From: the human T2T-CHM13v2.0 reference genome, Homo sapiens
Assembly (NCBI RefSeq): GCF_009914755.1
Contig: NC_060927.1
DNA length: 64,000 nt
Reading direction: 5' to 3' (one strand)
In this document: piece after piece, positions 14,861-28,623 of the stretch
Layout of the letters: the number at the start of each line of letters is the position of its first letter
Numbering within the stretch: position 1 is the stretch's first letter
Notes under the pieces: model-generated
Database searches by the model: none
The model's input: the letters and a program-made list of their open reading frames with translations, nothing else
Told to the model about the DNA's origin: nothing
Translations under genes and position numbers: made by a program

Positions 14861-15163
14861 GGCCAGGCACAGAGGATCATGCCTGTAATGCCAGTACTTT
14901 GGGAGGCCAAGTCAGGAGGTTTGCTTTAGGCCAGGAGTTTGAGACCAGCCTGGACAACATAGTGAGACCCTGTCTCTATAAAAAATAAGAAAAACTAGCC
15001 AGATGTGGTAGGGTGCTCTGTAGGCCTAGCTACTCAGGAGGGAAGATCACTTGAACCCAGGAGTTTGAAGTTACATGAGCCATGATCATGTCACTGGATC
15101 CCAGTGTGGCCAAAAGAAAGAGACCCTGTCTCTAAAAAACAAAACAAAACAAAATCACACAAA
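14861..15163 (+). mobile_element. Alu (AluJ-type)
   Basis: AluJ-like diagnostics (CAACATAGTGAGACCCTGTCTCTA); degenerate TSD AAAACTGAGGTGACT / AAAACTGAAATGATT. Confidence 0.9.
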
Positions 15164-15248
15164 AAAACTGAAATGATTAAAGACTACAAATTGGAAGAAA
15201 ATATATCCAAGCCTCCAAATGAAGATAAGACACTCAGTGACTTAAAAT

Positions 15249-15316
15249 ATGGACAGGCATGGGAAGCATGGACAGGCATGGGAAGCACGGACAGGCATGG
15301 GAAGCACAGACAGGCA
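15249..15316. repeat. 19-bp tandem repeat, ~3.6 copies
   Basis: ATGGACAGGCATGGGAAGC twice, then ACGGACAGGCATGGGAAGC, then partial ACAGACAGGCA. Confidence 0.95.
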
Positions 15317-16610
15317 AAAGGAGCTTTGAGCCATTGCTCAAAAGCACACAACTTGTTTTATTGAATAAATCACTATTTCTTTGAAGTTTAAAATGTGTCA
15401 TGTTAGGCACAGTTGGAAAATTTGAATATTTTAAAAGTATTTCAGGTCATTTTGCATTTTTATTCCAGAAGCAAACATAAAAACTTCTATTTAGATGTTG
15501 AAAAACCATAATGGGCACAAATCTCAATTCTTTTAGCAAAGATTAGATTTTTAGATTTAGTGTGCAGGAAAAGCAAGAGAAAAAAGCCTTTTCTAGTGTA
15601 TCAAACTGTTATTTTTTTAATTTTTCTTCAAGAGTATTAAAGGTTTTCACTGTGGAATCTCCAGTTCAATGATATCTAAATTACCAGAAAAATATATGTA
15701 AAGTCACTGGAGGACTTTGAAAGCAAAGATATGAGATACAAACCCATTTTAAGCCTGCAGATGGCCTGAGGGTTTACAGAACATTATTCAATAATGTTTA
15801 GTACTTCACCGTGCCAGAGTTTCCTTAGTTAGAAAACATTTCTGCAGTGTAAATGGCATATCCAAGAGAAAACTGTAGCTGTTGACAAACGAAGTTGGAT
15901 TTACTTTTTAATAACTTAAAAATTCCCAAACACTAACCATTTTATGATTTTAAAATACCAATGCTCATCTCCAAAAGTCACAAAGTTACTGAGGATTAAG
16001 TCTTCAAAAACGTGCTAGAATTTTGAAAGGTTCCTCAATTCGTTTGTTGGACATTTCTATCTTTAGGGAGACAGTGGAGAAGAACAGTGTTGTTGAGAGA
16101 CAGAGATAGTGACTGCAGATGGCAGGATAAGCAGGGAGGAGGCTGCCCATATCCTAAAGAGAAACTGAGTGAAAATAATGGCTGGACCTCTTGGAAAGGG
16201 ACCAGTGTTCACATTTCTAAGTAAGATTTGCAAGACTTAATTACTACCTTCTGTGGGAAATAAGGGAGTAGACAGAATCAAGTATAATTTCAGAATTTGA
16301 TTTTGGAAGAAAAGATATTTGATTGGGCTATTATACTGAAAAAAAATAAAAGAAATGAAAGGGAGGGGATAAATGAGAAATTTCTATTCGGACATAATGT
16401 TTTTAAAGATGTTCTGAATGGAGATGGCTAATGAGCAATTGGATAGGTATAGAATAGTTTTAAAGGAAATTATATTTTGGAATAAGAGTTGAGAAAGTAT
16501 AGAAATCAGTAAATGTAGTATTATCTCAAGTGTAGCAGTGAAGAGAAATAAGGAAGAGAGTTACAAATAAAGGCTGTTTTGTTTGTTTTGTTTCTATTTG
16601 ATTTGGGTGT

Positions 16611-17222
16611 TGTGGAAGGCAGAATTCTAAGATGATCCCCAATAAGCCTCACACTTGCATAATCCCCTGCTATTCAAGTGTGAATAGAGACAGTCAATAC
16701 AATGATATGGTGCTCTCGTGATTATGATACATGGTACTTTATATGGTAACAAGATTATCTTGGGTGGGTCTGACCTAATCAGGGAAGCCTTTTAGATGCA
16801 CGGTTTCTCCAGGTGGCCTCCAAAGAGAAAGTCAGAGAGATGACTTTCAATTTGCCTGGAAAAAAAATCAAACATCCATGCTGTGAATGACCTGTGGAGA
16901 GGTCACACGGCAAGGACCTGGAGGCAGCCTCTAGGAACAGCCTCTAGTCATCAGCCAACAAGAAAGCAGGGACATCAATACTACAACCTCAAAGAACTAA
17001 ATGTTCCCAACAACCTGAATAAGCTTGGAAGAGAATCCTGAGGCTCACATGAGATGGCAACCTTGGCTGACAACTTGATTTCTGTCATGAGAGACCCTAA
17101 GCAGAGAACCTCACCACACCATGTGAGACTCTGGATCCACATCAATGGTCAGATAGGAATTTGCGTTTGGTTTAAGCTGCTGAGTTCGTAGTAATTTTTA
17201 TGCAGCAATATAAAGCTAATAG
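16611..17222 (+). mobile_element. MaLR LTR (MLT1E/F-like)
   Basis: Starts TGTGGAAGGCAGAATTCTAAGATG and ends ATGCAGCAATATAAAGCTAATA. Confidence 0.78.
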
Positions 17223-17388
17223 AGATGTTTTATGTCTGTTTTATTTTTACCCTATGGTGGAGGGTGAGGAAAAAGCTCAGAATAAAAGAAAGACATTAAA
17301 GATGTTGAAAATCCATAATGGGCGCATAATGCAATGAACCTGGACTTGGGTCTTTCTTTGAGGAAATGAGGGATAGAGAATATGTGTT

Positions 17389-17475
<87 letters not shown>

Positions 17476-17476
17476 A
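17389..17476. repeat. Compound microsatellite (TC)n(TA)n(TG)n(CG)3
   Basis: Directly visible in the sequence. Confidence 0.97.
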
Positions 17477-17879
17477 CTACTGGAAATTGAAGGGTGGGAG
17501 TCACAGATAATTCTGGTGGATCTCTTTTCCCTATCAAGTATAAGAGGAGGGTGTATGGTCAACACTGGGAATTTGTGGCAGAGACACAGAGATGACTTTT
17601 GGTCTGTAGAGTCGGGTATCTTTCTTTTTAGAGGAAATCCTGTGGAAATGCCAGGTCTCTCCATTCTTTCAGAATGAAGATTTCCAAAAGAGAGTGAGTT
17701 ATTGAAGAATTGAGTTATTCAATCTACACTGCATGGCTACATTCATGTTTGTGGCTTATTTTAAGAATCCATGGTGGAAATGGGGAGTCACTTTATTAGC
17801 ATATTCTCGGTCTCAATATTATTTCCCCTAAGACTTTACCACACTGAATTTTAGAAAGATAAAGAAGAAAATGATAGGG

Positions 17880-19120
17880 CATTGAGCAAGTGACCTTCCT
17901 GTGTTTTGTTCACCTTCATTTATACTTTCTTTAGGATTTGACTGGAGAGAGGTGATCTCTTTTCTTCAGATACATCCCATAAGTTGTCCATAAAATGTGT
18001 CTGACCATGGTATCTTCCTTGGGAGGAGATTATAATTACTAATTCAATTATCTGTTGGTTATTGATATACTCTGGTTTTTCTATTTCTTCTTGATTCAAT
18101 TTTAGAAATTTATGGTTACCTATAAAATAATCCATTGATCTAAGTTTCCAATTTATAGTCATTAAGTTATTGACCATGATTTTATAGCTTTTTAAAAATC
18201 TAGATTCTGTTTGCAATTATACCTTCATTTTTGTTCCTAATATCATTTATATGTGCCTTTGTTGTTATTCTCTTGAGTGATCTTGCCTGAATTTTAATAT
18301 TGTTTTATTCTTTTTAAGGAACCTACTTTTATTTTGAGCATTTCTTATTGTTGTGCTTGTTATTAATTTCTGCTGTTTTTCTTTCTCTTTCCCTCTTTTA
18401 TTTACTTTGGATTTCTCTAGAGATATTTGTTTGTTTGTCTTTTTCTTCTGTCTTCTATATGTAAATACATTTATTTTCAAGTAGTTTAGGAGAGTCTTAT
18501 GTTTCCAAGATTAAGGGAAGGGAAGGTTTGCTGTGGTTTCATTTTTTATTTCTTATTTATTTTACATCATTATAGTAAATTAATGTAGCCTACAGAGTAG
18601 TTATTTTTGGAACTTTTCTGAGATTTCTACATGGTCTAAAAGGTGTTCTGTTTTTGTAATGTTCCATGTCTTTTTGACAAGAATGCATTTTCAATATGTG
18701 GGATGGAAAACTGTAAGATATGTATGATATCAAACTCAACTATGTTAAACTTTTCTGATTGTGTCTGCTGGATTTTGTCAATTTCTATACAGTAGTGTAT
18801 GTTAAAATACACTACTGAGGCTGGATTGATAAAATCTCATTTCAAATTAGTCATATTTTACTTTATATATTTAAACCTAAAGTATTAGTACATAGTTTAT
18901 AATTAATATAATATCTTACAAATTGCTTCCCTCATCAGTACAGGATGCTACTCTTTGTCCCTATCGATGTTTTTCCCCTTATATTCTGTTTTATCTAATA
19001 AATAGTGTTGCTATATAATTTTTATTTTAATTAGGGTTACTTGTTATACATTTTCTCTCACCATATTTTCTTGTATTACTATGTGTCATTTTTTTTTCTT
19101 AGCTGTGTCTTTTGAAAACA
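17880..19120 (-). mobile_element. Ancient L1 (L1M) ORF2 fragment (endonuclease and linker region)
   Basis: ORF 17920-18216 (MDYFIGNHKFLKLNQEEIEK) resembles the L1 ORF2 segment MDKFLDTYTLPRLNQEEVES; the plus strand is T-rich. Confidence 0.75.
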
Positions 19121-19124
19121 TAGT

Positions 19125-19350
19125 AAATCAAGCAGACACAAATTAGAAGAGTTTAACAACATAGGTGAGTTTGATATACTATATATCTTACAATATTCTA
19201 TCCTGCAAATAGAAAATGTGTTCTTGTCAAACACACATTGAACATTATTAAAAAATGGAACACCTTTTAGATTACATAGAAATCTCAGAACATTCCCAAA
19301 AATAACTACTCTGTAAGCTACATTAATTGGCTACAATGATATAAAATAAA
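19125..19350 (+). repeat. Inverted copy of 18556-18775 (L1 endonuclease-derived)
   Basis: The reverse complement aligns along its whole length, including an exact 20-bp block TACAGAGTAGTTATTTTTGG (18591-18610) versus 19296-19315. Confidence 0.88.
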
Positions 19351-19539
19351 AACCAAAAAAATTAGTAGTTTTTAATAAGTGAATCCAATTCCAATTTTCT
19401 CTGCATATTTTCTTTATATTTGAATAGAATTTTATTTCTTCTCTCTGCTGATATTAAGTGATATAAATTGTCATTTTATCATCAAAGTATAATTAAAAAT
19501 TATTCTTTAAATTGGTAGATTATTTATTTGGAAATCACT

Positions 19540-19830
19540 CTCTTGGGTATTTGAAATACATCAGTGAACAAATAAGACACAAAAATCCCTGTTCCCATGG
19601 AGTTCACTTTCTGATTAATACTGACAGCTATGAGTTTAGGCTCTATTCTAAATGCTTTATATATACCACATCTTTTATTCCTCATAATAAACCTATGAGA
19701 TAGTTACAGATAAAGCAACACTAACATAAATGAATAAAGTACCTAGCCAGATGGAGACAGCCAGGATTTAAATGGCCATGCAATCTGAATTTTAAGGTTT
19801 ACCCCTCAATCACTCCACTGAATACTACTT
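19540..19830 (-). mobile_element. L2 and MIR fragments
   Basis: CAGTGAACAAATAAGAC..CCCTGTTCCCATGGAGTTCAC (L2-like), then ATTCCTCATAATAAACCTATGAGATAG (MIR-like). Confidence 0.55.
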
Positions 19831-21949
19831 AAAGTTGAACAGTTTACAAGCAGTGTATTTCTTTTTATGTAAATGGTTTGATACATTATTCAAAGCAACC
19901 AAGTGTAGGTCATAACTTTTTAAAAAGTAGAATTCTATATTATAAGGTTATGTATAGAACTTAATAATTGATAATAAAATAGCACACTTTATTATTTATT
20001 CACTGTATTTGGGAAATGCAATTTTACAATCTCATGTTTCTCAAATACAAAACTTAATGGGTGCAACAAACTCTTAGAGCAAGGAAGAGTTGCCCTTGAT
20101 TAAACACAGATTTTGAAAGATATGAGCAGATCTTGTTAGAAGTCTGTCCTATGACTCTCCTTTTGAATATGAGCGTATTTATATTAGTGGGAATGGAATG
20201 TCTGAGATTTGCGAACAGAACCCAGGTGCATAACTGTGCTTACACTTACATTATTTCTTACGTTATATTCTCCCACATTGATTATAGATAATAGGTTATT
20301 TCAAGTATATATACTAATATTTTATTACTGTTATTCCTGCTTCCTCAGATCCTGTCTCTCTTGTCTTCTTTGACTCTCCTTTGTGGCCTCCTCACTATAG
20401 GGCTGTGAAGTATTAGTTAGACAGACAGCTTTACAGACTGTTTCATGAGATTCCCATAGTTTTAAAATCCACATAAAAAGCTCAGAACTTAGAATAAGCT
20501 ACGGAAAAAGGAGAGCATGTGTTATAATTCAACTTAATCATAATAGAAGAGAAGAGACCATTTTTGTTGTTATTGTTCATGCTCTGTGCTAGACACTGCC
20601 TTAATAGGTGCTCAAGGTGTATTTGTTCTTACTTCCTGTAATATAACAAACATTTAGTACATTTCATAAATTTCATAAACAAGAAAAATAAAAGTTTGAG
20701 ATGTTGCTCTAGGTTTATTTTTGATAACACGGTATTTCAAGTTGGCATCATAATTCATACCTTTGAGATGATTCATTTTAAATATTTTCTAGTAAAATTT
20801 TCAATTTCTAGAATATTCTCTGAATAAAACTGGCCTGCAAAAAATAATTCTTAAAATATAAAGCAATGGTTAAAGATCAACCATTCAGCAGAGCAAAATA
20901 AAATCAAGTTCTTGATGTCTCTATATTTTGTTAATTTACCCCCTATCTCTCATCTCATACTGGTAGTTGACAAAAAGAGAGAACATCAAATGTTACCAAA
21001 TAGAACCTGACACATCATACTCAGGAAGAAGATAATTATAAGCTTTCTGAATTTATGCATTTATAACAGCACTTTAATGGTTCAAAATAGCCAATTGCTA
21101 AAGAGTAAATCCAAGAGGCTTAGACCACTTACAAAGTGGAATCAGAACAGCATAAGTCAGCAGAGGGGTATGGACTTCTTAGCAGGAGAGACCAGAGAAA
21201 ACATAAAAACTACAAAAAGATGCCCTCTGGGGAAGCTCTCGCACATTCATGCATGCTATCTGGTTAGAGTAGGCCAAACCTCAAAACTTTCGTTTCCAAC
21301 CTTTGACCCTGGACATCTGGAAACCCAATTTGAGTCGAACAGAAGGAAGTTTTCTTTTCTATTTCAAAAACTTCGTGGGGGGATATAAAAAGCTTCAAGC
21401 ATCTAGCATCTATTCTGCTAGCAAAAGCTACTAATATTTATGCACTTGGATGGAACTCTAAAATATGGAATGCTTGGTTAGGAAACCGATGCCTCAGAAC
21501 CTTAATACTGACACATTGTTCATTTCTAGTTACGGATTTAGACAATGACTTAGATAAACAAAAATATCTTAGTACTTTGATGCTCTTTAATGTCCAAATT
21601 TAACAGACATCCTCCAATTTCAGAATTTAAATAAATATGCTGAAGCATTTTTTATCAAGACACACTTGCATGACACATATATATTTGATACAATGTGCAT
21701 TTTACCTGCAACAAAACTGTAGTCATTATATTACATTTTAAAATAAAACAAAAATGTGATAGTGGTTTTACTCTACTTGGATTATATTAAAATTAAAAAG
21801 TTATGTTGTGAACAAAGTTAAATGAGAAATATCTTTTTTCTTTTTTATATAAAAATTATTTGTTATGGCATATTAAATTTTTGTTTGATTCCCCTCTAAT
21901 AGATATAGTCAGTTAATTCGTGAGTGTAAGATAAACATTTAGCCACATA

Positions 21950-22200
21950 AAGATAGCATAGTAAATGGAGAAAAATACAAGCTTTAGGTCATAGACATTT
22001 GATCTTAGTCATTCAGACACTTGTTAGCTGTGAAATCTTGGAAAAGTTATTTAGCTTTTCTGAGCCCAGTTTCCTCATCTGTAATAGGCATTTTGCTGTC
22101 AGTATATATCATGATTATTGTGTGAAGGAACAGCTATCTATGTGAAGCATAGAGTAGACCCTTAATAAATGCCATCATCATAATTATCTTTATCAACTTT
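21950..22200 (+). mobile_element. MIR SINE
   Basis: TTAGCTGTGAAATCTTGGAAAAGTTATTTAGCTTTTCTGAGCCCAGTTTCCTCATCTGTAA core. Confidence 0.75.
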
Positions 22201-24263
22201 ATTAATAAAATGTTAGAAAATCCATCCAGTAGGACTAGATAACTTCCAGAATTTTTAATTGCTCATGCAAATCTAAGTAGCGGCTGTGATCTTAATAATT
22301 CTTACAGCCCTAGGGATCATGGCAGCAATGTAAAAGAGAAACTCTCTCCTTTGTGCACAGAAACCACACACAGGGATAATTGAATGTTGGTCAGTTAAAA
22401 AAAAAAAAACCTAGAAAATTCTTATGGCATTTGATTAAATTATATTGCATAAAACTGTATCTATTTCTATTATGAATATTAACTATCATGTGGTAAATGT
22501 TAATCATTTGTAACAGGTCTATTCATGACTCACACTTAAAACTATTCTTTCATCACCATAGAAAAGACATTATATTACCATATAGTTTGCCAAAATGAAT
22601 TGACTTGGAAATAAAGCAATTTCTATTCGTAGTCTGTTTATTTCCTTTCATGGGACTGACTAGATATTTTCTGTGTGTGTGTGGTTTGTGTTTTTCTGCC
22701 AAGATTTCTTTGGAAGATTTTGATCCATGCTAGGCATTCATACTTAGCTATGTGGCAAGAATTCAAAATAGTTACACTTTCCAAACATTTTATGTACTTC
22801 AAAGAAGCACCATTCTTATTTGTGTTTTTGATGTTACCTGTTTAAACAAAAAATAATTTATATTTATGTCAACTATTGCCTAAAAATGAAATTTTAAATA
22901 TATTCTGATACTATCTACACAACTGTTAATATTTGAAGTATATTTTGACATATAAATGCTTTCCATAGCCTGCATTTTCTGGTCTATGTAAAAGGAAGTT
23001 TATATTTATACAGTTACATTAATTCCAGAATTTATAATTATAATATTTTAAAATCATTTAAAATAGATAACTAAAAAGAGAAAAATGAAGTCAACACCCC
23101 CATGCAATCTACCTACTGTTCTATGGAAGCAAATGAATAGCTAAAGTACCAGTTGTCAAATATACTCTTGTGAATCTGGGCTTACACATAGTTGGGAGGG
23201 CACATAACTATAGTTTGTTTAAAAAGTGCACACTTCCATTTTCAGCCTCCACAGTTTTTATTATCATTACAGGACTACAGGAGCAAACTGATTTTGGTTT
23301 CTTTTATTTTCTGTTATTTTTCCTTCTTTCTTTCTTTTAAAATCTCATGCCTATGTTTTCTTTTCCTCTGAAGTTCACACAGCATAGTGCCTCCTGAAAA
23401 TGCACATGTAATTCCCATTACCTATAATGGAACTTGCATGCATCAAATAGAGAACAGACCCTGCTGCATAGTATCCTTCTTGTGTGGGATTGTGAGCACT
23501 TGGTCTACCTTATGACAAACCCCTTGACAAGTTCTTTGGGCACTTTGTTTATTATCAGAAAAGGCCATTCACATCTTGGACACACAGAAACAGACCCCTT
23601 CCAGATGGCTACCTGTCTTTGCACATGGCCAAAATATGGAACTTTCCTTTCCCATGTAGACAAATGTTTTTACAAGCATTCTTGATTGTGCCTTGTGGAA
23701 AAATTCAAACATGGATAAAAAGCAATTGGTGTACTTACAAATGTAAAAGAAAATGTGGTATGTATGTAGCTTATGGTTCTTCTAGTACTTATCATTGACT
23801 GGGAACTAGGAACAATCATTTTGTCAAATTTAGAACCCAATTAGATCTTATACTCTAAATTTAGAGCCAGCTTCTAGCCTCTGGGGTTCCATTTCCAATA
23901 TTCAATATCAGATTCTCTGCATTTATCACAGAAATAACAAGGCAATAGAAATGATTGTATTCTACAATGTGTATGCTACATTCCACATTTGTGTGATTGT
24001 ATAGTTATTCTTGACAATGACAAAACTGATGCATACTATTTTAGAACCATTTAAATGAATATCTAAAGCCACACAAGTCAATGGCATAGCCTATTCTAAA
24101 TTTAATGGCAAAAATGATTGATCCTGTTTGCTGGCTCTTGATTACTAAATACTCCTTGCTCTGGTAGAAGAGATCTCAACCAGGATTATCACAATAGCTG
24201 TGCTCTTCTAAACAGTTGATGTCTGTTAGACATGGGGAAAGAAAAGAGATGTATTATATGGAC

Positions 24264-24601
24264 TGTGATGGTTAATTTTATGTGTCAGTCAGTTTGGCTA
24301 GGCCACAGTGTCCACATACTTGATTAAACATTTTTCTAGATATTTCTATGAAGGTACATTTTAGATGAGTTTAACATTTAAATCAGTAGAGTTTAAGTAA
24401 AACAAATTATCCTCCATAATGTGGGTGGAAGGTCTTAATAAAGACAGATTTCTCACAAAGAAACAGGAATTCTACCAGCTGACTGCCTTCAGACTCAAAC
24501 TGCAGAATCAACACTTTCCTGACTCTCCAGTCTGCCAGCCTCCCCGTGTATTTTGGACTTACCTGCTTTCACAATTAGGGAAGCCAATTCCTTAAAATCT
24601 C

Positions 24602-24647
<46 letters not shown>

Positions 24648-24710
24648 TGTGTCTCACTCGTGGTCTATCTATCCATTCTATTGGTTCTTTTCTCTGGAGG
24701 ACCCTAAAGA
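24264..24710 (+). mobile_element. ERVL LTR (MLT2D-like) containing a (TG)n tract at ~24603-24652
   Basis: Starts TGTGATGGTTAATTTTATGTGTCA and ends CTATTGGTTCTTTTCTCTGGAGGACCCT. Confidence 0.85.
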
Positions 24711-25384
24711 GTCTTGAACCATGGGTTATCAAGTCTTTTTCACTTTTCCTCTGGTAGACTACTTCATTTTAAACTCACTTCAGGGACCTGTCACCTACAA
24801 TATAGAATTGTGAGTTCTACTCAAAGAGAAGTGTCTAAGAGTCTAAGATACTCAAAAGTTTACCTGAAAAAACTTAAAATTAAAAAAAATTACAATTGTA
24901 CTTCATAATAGCAGCCACAAGGTACAAGCCTATTTAAGATCAACAACAAGAACAACCACTACATAGAATTCGAACTTACCAGTGATTTCCAGAACTTAAC
25001 TGTGTGATAGACAAAATGTTTTCCTGAACAGGATCTCAACCACAAAAAGAAAGGAAGGAGGGAAGGAGGGAAGGGAGAAAAGGAAAAAAAATAATACTTC
25101 AACAAAGCAACTATACAGTCGAGATCTAACTGAGCCAATATTTTTCAGTACTCATTTTAGGAAAATTGATTGCTGAAATATTCAGCCAATCTAATATTCG
25201 CAAGTGTCAATCCAATATATAGTATGTAATAAAGGCATCAGAATATCATTGACATTGTGTTCTTCAATACAATCAACACCAGAATTGAAATAAAACGATT
25301 ATGTCCTCATCATTGTTAATATTTGGTCTGTGTCCCTCTTAATATATAGAGATAGACAGAGATAGATACAGATATTCTCATACA

Positions 25385-25640
25385 AAATACCATGCTAGGC
25401 ACTGATGATACAACAGTGAACCAGAGAAATAGTCTCTGTCCAAAGGGATTTTACAGTCTGCGAAAATACAGAAAAACAAACACAAAATCACTTTACAGTG
25501 AGAGAAAGTGATATGATTTGAAACTTGGACTGTATTAGGGAGCACAGTGGAGACATAGATAATCTGATCCTGGTCATCAAGAGAGGAAGTCTAAGAAGAG
25601 AAGCAAGCAAGCAGATGTTAGACAGTAGAGAGGAAGTTAA
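25385..25640 (-). mobile_element. L2 3' fragment
   Basis: ATGCTAGGCACTGATGATACAACAGTGAAC motif. Confidence 0.55.
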
Positions 25641-27994
25641 ATGTTGAGGCAAATTTCATTGATAAAGATGAGCTCAATTATCCAAGTACACATTTTCTCC
25701 TTTTCTGTTTAAAGCCTCCACACTAATCAAAGAATTTCTTCTGTTCACTTTGTATGTGGGAATTCAGTCTTTGTATTTGTGTGCCCAACTGTGACACATT
25801 AAAAAAAAAAAAAAGAAATCTGGTGTATAAGTGCTTAAAAGTTGGCATGATGTTATGATACTGTCATTTGTAACTCCATCCACAGAATACTGTCAATGAT
25901 ACAGGCTAGTGAAAAGGAACAAAGGAAGTGATTATGCAGACATTATTTGTGTTTCCTTTTGGAATGCAGCCAGAGATAAACACAGCCACACAGAAACTCT
26001 ACATTGACAAAACCTCGCTGCCTCAGCGTTGTGACTAGAACTAGCAAAGAGAAAAAAAGCGAGACTAGCTTCTCCCAAACAACTTTCTATGGGATCAATA
26101 TGTGTTCTGGAAAAACAAACCAACAAAATGGCAAGGGAACCTGATACTAGTAACATTATTTTTCTTAAAAAAAAAAAAAAAAAAAAAACCAACACCAAAA
26201 TGAGTGTTATATAGATGGGCTCAAAAAATTACATGTATTTAGGTGGTTATTTATGCAAAAAATCCCTGAGATGTGCCACCGTAGAGAAACCTAGAAAATT
26301 GCATGAGCAATATATGAAGCATGGCATTCAAACTGCCCAGTTACACATAGGCAGTATAGTCCAATAACCATCTCATTGTATATCATCTTTTAAATGACTA
26401 TTGATCCATATTGTGTATTTGTGATATATCTGGTGCTTACTGCATATTGAACATTTAAATTAAAGCTAGTGTCAACATATGAAACTTTTTTTTGTGAAAC
26501 ACCTTTTTGCTTAGCAGGCATTAGAGCTCATGAGTCTTTGCTCTTTGGGAAATACATGATTATTTTAAGTTTAACATCAAATAAGTTTAGGAAATACTAT
26601 TATGAATAACCTGAATAATAATAATTTACTGGTAGATAATTAAAATGAATCAAATTTAGACTCGGCATCTGGGTTCCATTATTTACATCATGTCAAAGAA
26701 ATAAGCTAGTCATATACTGCTATTTTTATTAGAAGAGAAAGCATACATTTCTATTATATGTGAAACAACACAAGTAAGTCATGTGATAAAAGTTAAAGAG
26801 CTAATTAACTGTCTGTATATGGGCAAGGGTATGATGAATTTCTATTCTGTTCTTTTTATTGTTTAAGGTAGGCACATTTCTGAAAATTGAGTGAGTTCCC
26901 ATTTGGGACCTCACAAAATGTTGGTCTTTCTCTATTATTTCTCTTTTTCTATTCAGCAAATAGAAAAACAGAATATGCCATATGATATTACCATGCATGA
27001 TTACATAAATATACAATATGCTATTATAAGAGGTGGTAGCACAGCATCTTGCATGTCATAAGCATTCAGTAGCTATATGAATAAATGAAAGAAGAGATTA
27101 ATGAAGGTATGAGGCAAATGAATGCAATGGAAAGGGTGTAGGGATTTGAGTCAAAAGTCTCACTTGGATTCAGGTTCTAGTTTCACTTGCCATAGTATCT
27201 TAGGAAAGACATTTTACATCTCTGGACTTCTTCAGAGTATTTTTACAAGAATCAAAAGAGATTATATGTAACTGTATAATGGTGATTTACTGCTGCTATC
27301 ATTATTATTAATAGGCAATAGTTTTAATAGCAGTGTTCTAAGTCGCTGCAATAAAGAAAGAAAAGTTTGAATTTAGTATCACAATGTTAAAAAATAAAGG
27401 TATTTTTTAGGGAGGTGGTACGTAATTAGGAAGAATTCTAGTTTAGAGGGGCCACAGCCCCAGGCTTCATGCAAGGGAGTCCTGAGTATCAAAAACACAA
27501 AGAAAAAAATATGTTTAAGAGCATGGTTTATGAATACTAACTAAAACCTGAAAACAGTCCACATTTCCATCTAAAGGAGAAATTGTGGTATGTTCATATA
27601 ATGAAATACTATTCCGCTATATTTGCTGATGTATAAAGCACAAAATATCCCATGTTGTACTCATATTATTCCATTGTATTATTTTATATAAAGTGTGTTA
27701 TTGTTGATATAGCAATACAGTAGAATAATACGATTATTTTGTGTATGGCTTCTCTTGTTTGGCCTAACATTTCTGAGGTTTTCCAATGTTGCTTTAGTTA
27801 TGTGGGTATGAAGTCTGACACAGGACTAAAATCACAATATCAACAAATCTTGTTCCTTTCTGGAGGTTCTAGGGGAGAATCCTTTTTTTTCTTTTTAACC
27901 TTTCCAACTCTTAGCATCCAACCACGTTCCTGGGCTTATGGCCCACATCCTTCAAAGCCAGCAACGTTCCATCTCTCTAACCATTCCTCCATAG

Positions 27995-28335
<341 letters not shown>

Positions 28336-28363
28336 CCTCTTCCACTTTTAAAAACCCTCGTGA

Positions 28364-28623
<260 letters not shown>

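Noticed and set aside
15249-15316. CRISPR-like array or p53 site array
   Set aside because: There are no spacers and this is eukaryotic DNA; the units do not match RRRCWWGYYY.
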